From NCBI RefSeq assembly GCF_963506605.1, contig NC_083277.1, forward strand, positions 4,464,001 through 4,528,000: a DNA stretch of 64,000 bases, in the 5' to 3' direction. The position numbers and the translations under genes were made by a program. Shown piece after piece: positions 20,943 to 32,100 of this stretch. The notes beneath the pieces are model-generated. The model did not search any database, was not told the DNA's origin, and was given only the letters and a program-made list of their open reading frames with translations. Numbering within the stretch: position 1 is the first letter of the stretch; every line of letters starts with the position of its first letter. The DNA is from Zootoca vivipara (lineage: Eukaryota).

Positions 20943-22508
20943 CAACTCCTGCCAATGCTGGCTTCGATTCCACCTCCATGGATGCTTCCCTCCCTCCCTC
21001 CCTCTGCCCCCCAACTTCCTCTGCCCTCCACCGACCCCCCAGTCTGCCCTTCGCCCAGAGGTTTCCCTGGCCGGCTCCCCCTTCGCCCTGCCCACCAATT
21101 CTCTCCCAATCTAGCCTACCTCTCCATGGACTCCCTCTCTCTAGACCAGGCATGTACAAAGTGCCTTTTGAGGCCCTAATCTCTCTGAGTTCTAAAAAAG
21201 GTCAGCAACTTTGGTCTGCCCTTATGCATCTTCACTTCATTAAATCTGGCTCTCTTTGACAAAAGTTTGCCCCCCCCACCCGCTCTAGACAAGAGGGACC
21301 CACCAAGCCTTGCCCCAGAGATGCCTGTCAGGGGGAACCCAGAACATGCAGAGGGATGCGGAATGGAGGCCTCGCTTCAAGTCCCAGCCCTGCTTGGGGA
21401 TGGGGGTCCTGGCGGGGGGGGGGAGCAGGGGAGCTGAGCACCTCTTGACAGCTGAGCATCTCCTTGCGCTGCAAAGGAGACCTTGCAATGCAAACCCTGC
21501 CGGTGCTCCCTCTGCAGAAAGGCCCCCCTGAACCCCCATAGTAAAAGGCAGGAAGGCTGATTTCTTTTGGGGGGAGGGGCTTGCAATGAGAACCCTGCGA
21601 ATGGAGGGTCCCCGATCTGCAGCAGGATTGCATGGATCGGGGCCTGTTCAGATAGCGCCCAGGAAGGGAGTTGTTCTTGGGGGGTGGGTCTCTGCCCCCT
21701 TTCCTCCCTCCCCCCCCCACAGCTCTATCTCTTTGTCCTCCCTGCTCCCCCCTCCCTTGCTCGCTCTTCTCTTCCCATTTCCTTTCCCTCTGGGGGAGGG
21801 ACTCCTTTATCCCAGCAGGGCCTGAATCAGCCCCTCCCCCGCTCGACTGATCCACAGAAAGAAGAGGGAGAGGGAGGGGGGAAATCCCTTACTTGCCTTT
21901 CATTCCCCCCCCCGCCCCAAATCCTGACCTCCCTTCCCAACAGTCCTGTTTGCAGATTCGGGGGGGGGAGGAAAAGCGCATCTTTATCTCTCTCCCGCCC
22001 CCCACAATATATATAGATATATATTTTGCACCTCTTTTTCCTCCTCCTTTGCAGACCTGCTCCTCTTCCGGGAATGTGGATGGAGGCCCCCTCCCCCTCG
22101 GCCCCCCTCCTATCCTTCCTGCCTCTCTAGGAAGCGGAGCTCACTGACCCTTGGGGAGGAATGAGTGACGCCCCCCTCCCTCCCAGAAGACACAAATTCT
22201 CCTCCTTTCAAACAAGCTCTGAATATCCTGTTTCTTTCCTGATAATCTCCCAGGTTCGATCCCTGGAGGCGGCAGGGAAAGAGACCCCCCCCCCCACCTC
22301 CCAAAAAGTCCTTAATCTCTTTTCATCCCTTCCCAGGAGGGGGATCCGGTCATTTCCCCACCCATTTCCCAACGTGGGGGAGGCAGGGCTGTGACGTATG
22401 GTGTCCCCGTTACAACAGCCCTGCAGAGTAGACCGGAGTTGGGATGCGGGTTTGGGGCTTGGAAAAGTGACTTACGACAACCCTAAATGGTGTTCTCCCT
22501 CGCCATTA

Positions 22509-22516
22509 TATCTATC

Positions 22517-22576
<60 letters not shown>
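22509..22576. repeat. (ATCT)n microsatellite
   Basis: Directly visible. Confidence 0.95.
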
Positions 22577-22804
22577 CTTCTATCCGCTTATTTTATGTGA
22601 GCTGCTTGGAAGACAGCTTTGGTTCAAAGGCAAGATTGAAATACAATGGTTTTCCCTGTTCGCAACAAAGAGATATTCCACCACCCTCCTCTCCTTGGGC
22701 TGGCGATCTCCAGATCCAGGGCTCTCCCCCTTCATTTCCCCTTCTCCCCACTGCCCCTTTGAAGAGCCATAGCATCACAGAATATGATAACTAGAAGGAG
22801 CTGA

Positions 22805-23472
22805 AGAGTCATAGGAACATAGAGTTGGAAGAGACCACAAGGGCCAACCAGTCCAACCCCCTGCCAAGCAGGAAACACCATCAAAGCATTCTTGACATAT
22901 GCCTGTCAAGCCTCTGCTTAAAGACCTCCAAAGGAGGAGACTCCACCACACTCCTTGGCAGCAAATTCCACTGTCGAACAACTCTTAATGTCAGGAAGTT
23001 CTTCCTAATGTTGAGGTGGAATCTTCTTTCTTGTAGTTTGAATCCATTGCTCCGTGTCCGCTTCTCTGGGGCAGCAGAAAACAACCTTTCACCCTCCTCT
23101 ATATGACATCCTTTTATATATTTGAACATGGCTATCACATCCCCCCTTAACCTTCTCTTCTCCAGGCTAAACATACCCAGCTCCCTAAGCCGTTCCTCAT
23201 AAGGCATCGTTTCCAGGCCTTTGACCATTTTGGTTGCCCTCTTCTGGACACGTTCCAGCTTGTCAGTATCTTTCTTGAACTGTGGTGCCCAGAACTGGAC
23301 ACAGTACTCCAGCTGAGGTCTGACCAGAGCAGAATACAGTGGTACTATTACTTTCCTTGATCTAGATGCTATACTCCTATTGATGCAGCCCAGAATTGCA
23401 TTGGCTTTTTTAGCTGCTGCATCACACTGTTGTCTCATGTCAAGTTTGTGGTCTACCAGGACTCCTAGATCC
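22805..23472 (-). mobile_element. CR1 LINE, 5'-truncated
   Basis: [10 protein letters not shown]...LYSALVRP...LEKRRLRGD and CR1 3' tail. Confidence 0.95.
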
Positions 23473-23562
23473 CCTCGGAACTGTTGTCTTTCAGGATCCC
23501 CCACGAATCTAAGCCACATTACTGTAATGTAAACATTTATCCCAAGAAAATAAGGATGTTTT

Positions 23563-23832
23563 AAAGGGTAGAGGTAAAGGGCCCCTGGCCATTAGGTCCA
23601 GTCGTGGACGACTCTGGGGTTGCAGCGCTCATCTCGCTTTACTGGCCGAGGGAGCTGGCGTACAGCTTCCAGGTCATGTGGCCAGCATGACTAAGCCACT
23701 TCTGGTGAACCAGAGCAAAGCAATGGATTCAAACCACTGACCTTCCGATTGGCAAGCCCTATGCTCAGTGGTTTAGACCACAGTGCAACCCACGTCCCAT
23801 TAAAGGGTAAAGGTAAAGGGCCCCCTGACCAT
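23563..23832 (-). mobile_element. Sauria SINE, internally deleted
   Basis: (ggtaaa)n tail and gtcatgtggccagcatgactaagcc core. Confidence 0.8.
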
Positions 23833-23989
23833 TTATCCCAATAAATATCCCAAAATAGGATGTCCTATTTCATTACTACTACTCCTCGGTGCGGGGCTGC
23901 CGAGGGGGGGAGAAGCGGAGCATTGGATGGCTTACTTTTCACCGGCTTACCATCACTGGCTTACCATCTCACCGCTTACTTTTTCCTGT

Positions 23990-24220
23990 AAATATCGTTT
24001 GCAGTCGTTTACAGTCAACAGCTATCATCAGTCAATCACCCATTTCCACCACCCTTCTGAGTGATACCCCCTGCCCACCCTTTATATATAAGCGTCTGGG
24101 GACTTCTATTCCAGTGTATCTGAAGAAGCTCATACCAAAATATAAAACCAGGTGCTGCTGGAAGGAAGTTTTTGATTTTGTTTCGCCTATGTCAGACCAA
24201 CACGGCTACCTACCTGTAGT
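23990..24220. mobile_element. Penelope-like remnant
   Basis: Shares blocks with 12254-12510; ends cagaccaacacggctacctacctgta. Confidence 0.65.
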
Positions 24221-24224
24221 TAAA

Positions 24225-25615
24225 ATACAGGTTAATACAATTTAAATTTTTAAAATGCAGCCTCATTTAAAAATGGCCCAAATCAAAACCATAAGAGAGG
24301 AAAACATAGGGGTCAGACTGAGTCCAGGCGGAACAGCTCCATCTTGCAGGTCCTGAAGAAAGATGTAAAATCCCGCAGGGCCCTGGTCTCCTGTGAGAGA
24401 GCGTTCCACCAAGTCGGGGCCAGGACTGAAAAGGCCCTGGTCCTAGTTGAGACCAATCTAAACACCTTATGGCTCGTGATCTCCAAAATGTTATTCTTTG
24501 TGGACCTTAAGATACACCGTGGGGCATACCAGGAGAGGCGGTCCTGTAGGTACGAGGGCTTTAAAGGTCAAAACCAGCACCTTAAATCTGATCCTGTACT
24601 CCACTGGAAGCCAGTGCAGCTGGTAAAACACTGGATGAATATGGTCCCGCAGCAGGGACCCCATAAGGAGCCTCGCTGCGTCATTCTGCACCCGCTGGAG
24701 TTTCTGGGGCAGCTTCAGGGGTAGCCCTGTGTAAAGTGAGTTACAATAATCAAGCCTGTAAGTGACCATCACATGGATCACTGTGGCCAGATCAGGGTGA
24801 GAGTGGTAAGGGACCAACTGTTTAATGTGGCGGAGATGGAAAAATGCCACCTTAGCTGTGGCTGCAACCTGTGCCTCCATGGAAAGGGAGGCATCGAAGG
24901 TTACACCCAAACTCTTGACAGAAGGCGCTGGCACTAATTGAGCCCCCGCAAGTGATGGGAGTTGGCCCCCCAACCCCATGTCGTCCCGACCCAGCCAGAG
25001 GACCTCTGTCTTCGAAGGACTTAACTTCAACCGGCTCCCACCTAGCCATCCAGCCACAGCTTCCAAACACCTGGTCAGTGTGTCCGGGGCCGAGGCAGGG
25101 CGGTCGTCCACCAGCAGATAAATCTGGGTGTCATCAGCATATTGATGACAACCCAGCCCAAAACTCTGGACAATCTGGGCAAGGGGATGCATAAAGATAT
25201 TTAAAAGCATTGGGGGAAGGACTGTGCCCTGCGGGACTCCACACACCAAGGAGTCCCGCGGCCACAACTCCTTCCCTAGCGCCACCCTCTGTCCCCGACC
25301 TGAGATAAAGGGGCGCAGCCATTGTCGGACTGTGCCCTGAAGCCCCACGTCGGCAAAGCGGTGGTCTAAAAGTTTGTGATCGACCATGTCGAAGGCTGCT
25401 GACAGAGCTAAAAGAATCAGCAGTCCCGACCCGCCTTGATCCAGCTGTCTACGGAGATAATATGTTAGGGCGACCAGAGCTGCCTCGGTCCCATAACCAG
25501 GGCGAAAGCCGGACTGAAATGGATCCAGAGCCGAAGTATCATCCAGACACCAACGCAGCTGATCGGCAACCGCTCTCTCAATTACCTTACCCAGGTAGGG
25601 AAGATTCAAAACCGG
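24225..25615 (-). mobile_element. L2 LINE fragment (RT domain to 3' UTR)
   Basis: LDPFQSGFRPGYGTE, LSAAFD, GVPQG, YADD and RLDYCNSL motifs. Confidence 0.92.
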
Positions 25616-25641
25616 GCAATAATTGGAAAGATCTAAATAAT

Positions 25642-26276
25642 AGGTGCTTTCAGTCTTTGTGTGTCTTCATGGTTCCATTATTGCAATCATAACAGTGGGA
25701 GTGATGCTGCTGCTCCTATAATATTAACTCTGCTTCCAAAGCAACACCTCCAGTCTCAGCTCCACTTTGGGCAACTCTCCATTCCCATATACAAACATTT
25801 CCAACTCCCTCCACCAAACACCAAAACCAGCTCACTCTCAGTCCGTCCTCATTCAGAAGCAACACTCCAGACTCACACACTCCCCCTCCCTATCTAAAAG
25901 TACACTAAATATTATATTACGCTTACTATTGTGAATTGTTACCTTGATTACTTTAAATACATGTCTAGACAATGTTGCATACAAACAACAAAAGCTCACA
26001 TACGCTGCATGCATTTAAGATTCATTTCCTGTCAACTAGGAGAGAAACAGGTTCTACACTCTAATAACCAAAGTATATTCCACATTCCTTCTATTTAAAC
26101 CATTTCTCTTCTTTTGATGGCCTGTAGAGTTTCCACTCTTAAAGCTCTTAACACTCCGAGTCTTTTGATGGTTTGAAGACATCCACTACAACGGAACCTC
26201 TATCTAATTCCCTAGCACTTCTATGGTTTCTCCCCTGTATGAGTTTGTTGATGTTTTGTAAGAAGTCCACTCTCTC
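25642..26276 (-). pseudogene. Relic of a second zinc-finger gene (last half-finger and 3' UTR)
   Basis: Colinear with 15338-16140; minus-strand translation [18 protein letters not shown]. Confidence 0.8.
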
Positions 26277-27350
26277 TTTAAATAAAAATAAAAAAATAAA
26301 AATTTCCCAACTACAAACCAATTATATCATATCAATTATTTCAGATTATACAAATACATATCAATTAAACCAAATATTATGTTAAATCATAATTATTTTT
26401 ATTTATTTATTTTTGGACTTCCCATGCTTCAAAGTCTGGGGATTCTGAGTAACGCTACTCCCTGCCATCCTAGTCCAAATTTCAAAATCTTATCATTATA
26501 ATCCATTATAGTCCAGATCTTTTCCCAGCAATTCTTCTAGTTGTTATCATCCTCTTTTGTCGCAGCTTTTGAGATAGACATCAAGCGAGATTTAACACAA
26601 AATCATTCTTCCTGTGTGGGTTTTTTGTCCAGTCCAGCCTCCCCATAAATCCTCCTTTTACAAACTGGAGTGCTTCTCCGGCCGCTCCGACATTCAAGCA
26701 CGAGCAGACGCCATCTTGAAGATCTCAGATATCGTATTCCAGCTTCTCCTCAAAAAGTCCACCGATTGCAGAAATGCAGCTTTTTCAGGTGGGGAACAGC
26801 CAAATAGAAATATTCACACTCTTCTTATAACAGATTTATGGCTCCCCCGCCCTTTAGCTGCTCTCTGCCTCCTGAATCTTCAATTAGGCAGCTCTTATCT
26901 TGTTCGAATTCAAAGTGCGTCACGGCTCATAAATCCACTTATAACTGTCCAGAAAGTATTTAAGCGAGATCCAGTGAAAATATAACCAGCTGGGGAGGTT
27001 TTGCTCTTGCATACTTAGCAGAACAGCTTCCAAAAATATACAGAATGTCAATCTTCTATTATAGAAACTCCAATAGCCAGACAGTTTATTTCCTAATTTC
27101 TTCTTTGTTCAAAATATTGAGGACCATCCATCCAGGGAAGGTGGTTAGTGCTTCTTAAGGTACAGAAAATAAAAAGTTTCACTTCTCTTTTCGTTCCGTC
27201 CAGATCATTCCCCCCCCCCTTGATGTGGTATTTCCTCGATTCTCTTATCACTCAGAAGCTGGAATTCCTGGCAGTATCTTCTCCCCCATCTTTTGAAGCA
27301 TGTCCATGAATTTTAATCCAATTATTTCTCTTAAATCATGGAACTCGCGC
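26277..27350 (-). mobile_element. Non-coding L1-like element, family of 17956-19606
   Basis: Shared blocks on -: gcagctaaagggcgggg...gaaaaagctgca and gcatgggaagtccaaaaat...tataattgg. Confidence 0.55.
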
Positions 27351-27553
27351 CTGGGCAGAGCACCCATGGGGGCCGGAACTCGGGGGATTATTGGTTTTTG
27401 TTCTTATTTCTATTATGTATTTTGTGGGTTTTTTATATTGTGATTTTATGTTGAGAACTGCCCTGGGATGAAGGACGTTATACTACTACTAAAACAAAAT
27501 AAAAAAAATCCTTCCAGTAGCACCTTAGAGACCAACTAAGTTTGTCATAGGTA

Positions 27554-27880
27554 CATAGCTGCCAAGTCTCCCGTATTCCCCAGGAAACCCCCGTTTTTCC
27601 AGCTGTTCCCAGCCGAAAAAACGGATTTTTTTTCCCCTGGTTTATTCTGGTGTGCCGGCCATTTTGGAACTGGGCGGAGCATGCTCAGAAGTGACTTTTG
27701 ATGCTGCTCTGCCCAGTTCCAAAATGGCTGCGGCGCAACTTCTGGTGCGGTGGACATTTTGGAACAGGGCAGAGCAGCATCAAAAGTCGCTTCTGAGCAT
27801 GCTCCACCCAGTTCCAAAATGGCGGCAGCGCTACTTCTGGTCCGATCCCTTATTTTTCAGGCAGGAACTTGGCAGGTATG
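27554..27880. mobile_element. hAT-type MITE
   Basis: TIR catagctgccaagt / acttggcaggtatg; perfect 8-bp TSD cataggta. Confidence 0.88.
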
Positions 27881-27885
27881 CATAG

Positions 27886-27923
27886 GTATGAGCTTTCGTG
27901 TGCATGCAGACTTCTTCAGATAC
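27886..27923 (-). ncRNA. Minimal type I hammerhead ribozyme motif of a Penelope-like element
   Basis: Minus strand GTAT-CTGAAGA-A-GTCTG CATG CACAC-GAAA-GCTC-ATAC: core CUGANGA/GAAA, stem I GTAT/ATAC, palindromic AGCT stem III; one stem II mismatch. Confidence 0.6.
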
Positions 27924-28597
27924 ACTGAAGCGTGCATGCACACGAAAGCTCATACATATGACAAACTTAGTTGGTCTCTAAGGTGCTACTGGAAGGAATT
28001 TTTTATTTTGTTTTGACAGTGTCAGACCAACACGGCTACCTACCTGTAACTAATACTACTACTAATAAATATAAAAATAAAAATAACATACATCCAGTTT
28101 TCATAATCATACTAAGCATGCCCTCCTCCTTAACACATAATAATACTCCTTCAGGAGATACATTTTCTTACTGTCAGCAGGCCCTTCTTTGTGTGCCTCC
28201 TCTAGGAGAGGTCTGAAGGATGGCAGCACAATAACAGGTGTGTGATTGACACCAGAATGATTATTAAAGTGGTCTGGTAGGTAAACGACCCCTGGGCATT
28301 TAAGTCTAGTCATTTGTCCACAGCCGACGTCTGTCTGCAGACCACTTTCCAGGTCATGTGGCCAGCATGCCTAAACTGCTTCCAGCTCACAGGACAATCT
28401 GTGACAGACGCCAAAGCACACAGAAACATTAGGAGACGGCTGCACATGAATAGTTCACTTTTTAAATAATAAGAAATACATGTCACCGGGGGGGGGGGGT
28501 GTCAGGATTTTAGAGATCCTTAGGTGGGGCATGGCCAAAAAAAGGTTGGGAACTACTGGTCTGAAACAAAGAGCATTTTCATCCAGCCTAATGTGAA

Positions 28598-28838
28598 AGT
28601 GTTTCATTACCACAAAGTTTGCCAAGTTCACCTGCTCCCTCACAGGTCCATGTCAGACAATGGAGCCCCATTGGTGATTTCTCAGAAACACATTTTCTCT
28701 CTAGCTCTGCACCTGCTCATTGCACCATGCAGAGAGCCCAAGAGGTTGCAAACAGGAAACCTCTTCCCCTTTATAATTATCAAAATCATAATGATTCCTC
28801 TCTTCACACCAAAGCTCTAGGAATTTCCCCTGAGACCT
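28598..28838 (+). promoter_or_regulatory. Conserved V2R upstream module, copy for V2R-2
   Basis: CACCTG 28710-28715, TAATTA 28774-28779, TCCCCTGAGA 28826-28835. Confidence 0.6.
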
Positions 28839-29118
28839 ATATTCTAAGCATCACAATCATGGGCAACGTGATGTAACTTCTTGCAACGAGCTTGGAAGAA
28901 TAACTGCGACATAAATACCTCCTAGCCTACGCTTCTCAAGATAATAAGTAAATATCTTGCAGCTGAGAGCCAGGTCTGGGATGGAGGGCGGGCAGGGATT
29001 GTGCACATGGGAAATTTCCTCTTCCTACCTTTAGGTCTGAATCCGTGTCTTGAGTCCAGTTGTGTCACTGAAGTCACTGATGTCATAAGGGACGACACTA
29101 GCCACTGACATTGCTAGG

Positions 29119-32100
29119 ATGATATCCCTCCTGCTTCTGCAGCTGCTGCTGCTAATGCCACAGGCTGCCTGTGGGACTCAGGCGGGGAAATGCTCTGTGA
29201 ATCTGATCTGGCTTCAGAATGAACCAGTGAATTATTACAGGGCAGGGGACCACCTCATTAGCGGAATCATCTCACCCAAAGCTGCTGTGTTTGAGGAACA
29301 CCTCTTCTCTCAACCTCCATTAATCAGGCCTCGTGAGTAAGTACCAGGATCCAACACTGCCCCACCTGTGTATAGACTGTTCCCAGGTACCAAGGACAGC
29401 CCTTAGTTTCTGATACCCCATGTCAGGTTCTCTCCCGATATTGAGTGTGATGGCTCCTCATTTCATATGAGTTGTTTATCCAGCATTCATTGTGGTTTGC
29501 TTGTACAAAGCTTAAACAACCCTTAAATTATATCTTAAATTAATTTAAGATACTATTTTAATATCTTATATTAAAATATTATCTTATTATATCTTAAATT
29601 ATATCTTAAATTAATTAAACAACACTTAAATTATCAAGCATTCTTTCTGATTTGTTAGGTCCTTTGGAGCGCTTCACAATCTCTTTTTGTGTTACTGACC
29701 CTGAAGAATCTACCATCATCAGCAAACTTGGCCACTTCACGGCTCAGTCCTAACTCTAGATTGTCCATGAACAAGTTAACAAGTGCCTGTTTCTCTTACC
29801 CAGTGTAAAAGGTTGAACATTCAATTTCAACATAGGAAGATGCATGAAGCCACAACTTTTTAACACACCCTTTGATCAGCTGCCAAGCATTTCACAAACC
29901 TCTTTAAAAAGTCGATTTTGTTCTTTAAAGACTCTCTGAACAATAACCTCTCTGCTGTTTTTCAAAAAGTGGCAAATAACTATCCAACTTGTAGCCATGA
30001 TCTGTATCTCCCCCCCAATAAAAACATAGAAACAATTACCCAGAGATACCCTGTTTTGAGGTGCTGGGAAGGCCTTTAGAAAGAATATGGCATTTTGTTT
30101 TCACTGAATGGATAATGGCAGCCTGTCACGAGTGTTTCATTTGATGCTTTGCAGTATCTCTGAAGAGAAGTATTGGCACATTCTGTCCTTCTTGTTTGCT
30201 GTTCAGGAGATTAATCAGGATCCTTTGATTTTACCCAACATCACCTTGGGCTACAACCTCTTTGAAACCTATTTTGATGGCAGAGTGGTTTCCAGAGCAG
30301 TGCTGGACGGGCATTCTGGTGGGGGAAAGAATGTTCCAAACTACAGCTGTGGAAGACGCAAGAACCTCTTGGCTGTTATTGAAGGGGCTGAATCGGACAT
30401 TTCTACCCATGTTTCTAGCATGTTGGGCATCTACAAAATCCCACAGGTAGGAACCAGGATAGTCACCAGTCAGGGAAACTACAGTGGTGGATCGATTGGA
30501 CTATGTGAACCCTGAGCTCCCTTCCTACTCTAAGGATTCTCCATTTTTTGAAGGATCCCCTTAAAACTATTTACAATAGGCTCAAACTTGCCTGAGGTGC
30601 CTTAGAGCCAGTGTGGTGTAGTGGTTAAGAGCTGTATACTTGTAATCAGGGGAACCGGGTTCGCGTCTCCGCTCCTCCACATGCAGCTGCTGGGTGACCT
30701 TGGGCTAGTCACACTTCTCTGAAGTCTCTCAGCCCCACTCACCTCACAGGGTGTTTGTTGTGGGGGAGGAAGGGAAAGGAGAATGTTAGCCGCTTTGGGA
30801 CTCCTTCGGGTACTGATAAAGCGGGATATCAAATCCAAACTCTTCTTCTTGTTGTTTATTTTCACATATTTAAAATGCTTTTTAAAAGGGCTTTATTTTT
30901 AAAAAGTGACTCATGGGGAAACTAAGTTGGGGACAGTGTATGGGACCCAAATCCAAACTCTCATTCTTCTTCTTCTTAAAAGCATAAGCATCTGGATCAG
31001 GTTATAGGTCCATCTATTCCAGCATCCTGCTTTCAGAATAGCCTACCAGAAGCCACTTTCAGGAAGCCTGCAAATGAACCCAAGCGCAACATCACTCTCC
31101 CCATTTTTGATTCCCAACAACTGGAATTGAGAGGCAGACTGCCCTCTGGCTAGGGATCATTTGTAGTCTTATCCTCCCTGAGTCTACCTACTCTTCTCTG
31201 AAGGCCATGAAATTTGTGGACATATTGACATCTTGTGGGGGCAAGTCCACAGTTTGACTATGCACTTTGAAGAAGCATTCTAAATCCTCCAAGATTCAGG
31301 TTTATTGGATGGCCTTAAGCCCTAGTTTTATGAGATACAGAGAAAATGGTCTTTTTATCCTTTCTCCACATCATGAATACTTTTACAACTCTATCATGTC
31401 TCCTCTGCTCTCTAAACTAAAAAGATCTGAAAAATTTTAACCTTTCCCCATAGGAGAGTTGCTCCAAACCGGGAATTCCCAAGCTTGGGTCTCCAACCTT
31501 TTTTGGACTACAATGCCCACCAATGCTAACTAGTGATGATAGACATTGTAGTCCAAAAACAGCTGTCTTTAACATGCTTTTGGTGGATTGTGGTGCATGG
31601 GGGGGGTAGCCTGCCCCTCACTGACATGGCCTGAACAGAGGTTGAGTTATTTTCACTTGTTATTAACATACATCTGATATTCTTCCTTTTCCTCACTAGG
31701 TGAGTTATGGCTTTGCTCTCCATGATAAAACTCAGTTCCCTTTTGCCTATCGGATGATCCCAAAGGAGAAAACCCAGAACCTGGGGATTGTCCAACTCCT
31801 CCTGCATTTTGGATGGACGTGGATTGGAATCTTTGCTCCAGACAATTATAATGGAGAAAGATTCATCAGTTCCATAACACCTCTGATGCTCATCAATGGA
31901 ATTTGTGTTGCCTTCTCAGAAAAAATAGTTTATCAGAATCTATACCAAATCGCCATGCTGAATGAACCACCTGTCATGTGGAGAAAAGTCAATGTATTTG
32001 TCTACAGTGGAGACTCTTCCAATACTTTTGGCATCATCATTAGGGTCCAAAGGATACTTGAAAAGATACAACCTGGGGGAAAAGTTTGGATCACAACAGC

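Larger units (their letters stand above)
27490..28050. mobile_element. Penelope-like inverted-end remnant containing a nested hAT MITE
   Basis: Long palindrome ccttccagtagcaccttagagaccaactaagtttgtc / gacaaacttagttggtctctaaggtgctactggaagg. Confidence 0.75.

Noticed and set aside
24491-25609. L2, CR1 and BovB ORFs as host genes or autonomous elements
   Set aside because: All are 5'-truncated fragments, several with stops or frameshifts.
30604-30680. tRNA gene
   Set aside because: The A and B boxes belong to a SINE head followed by SINE body and tail.
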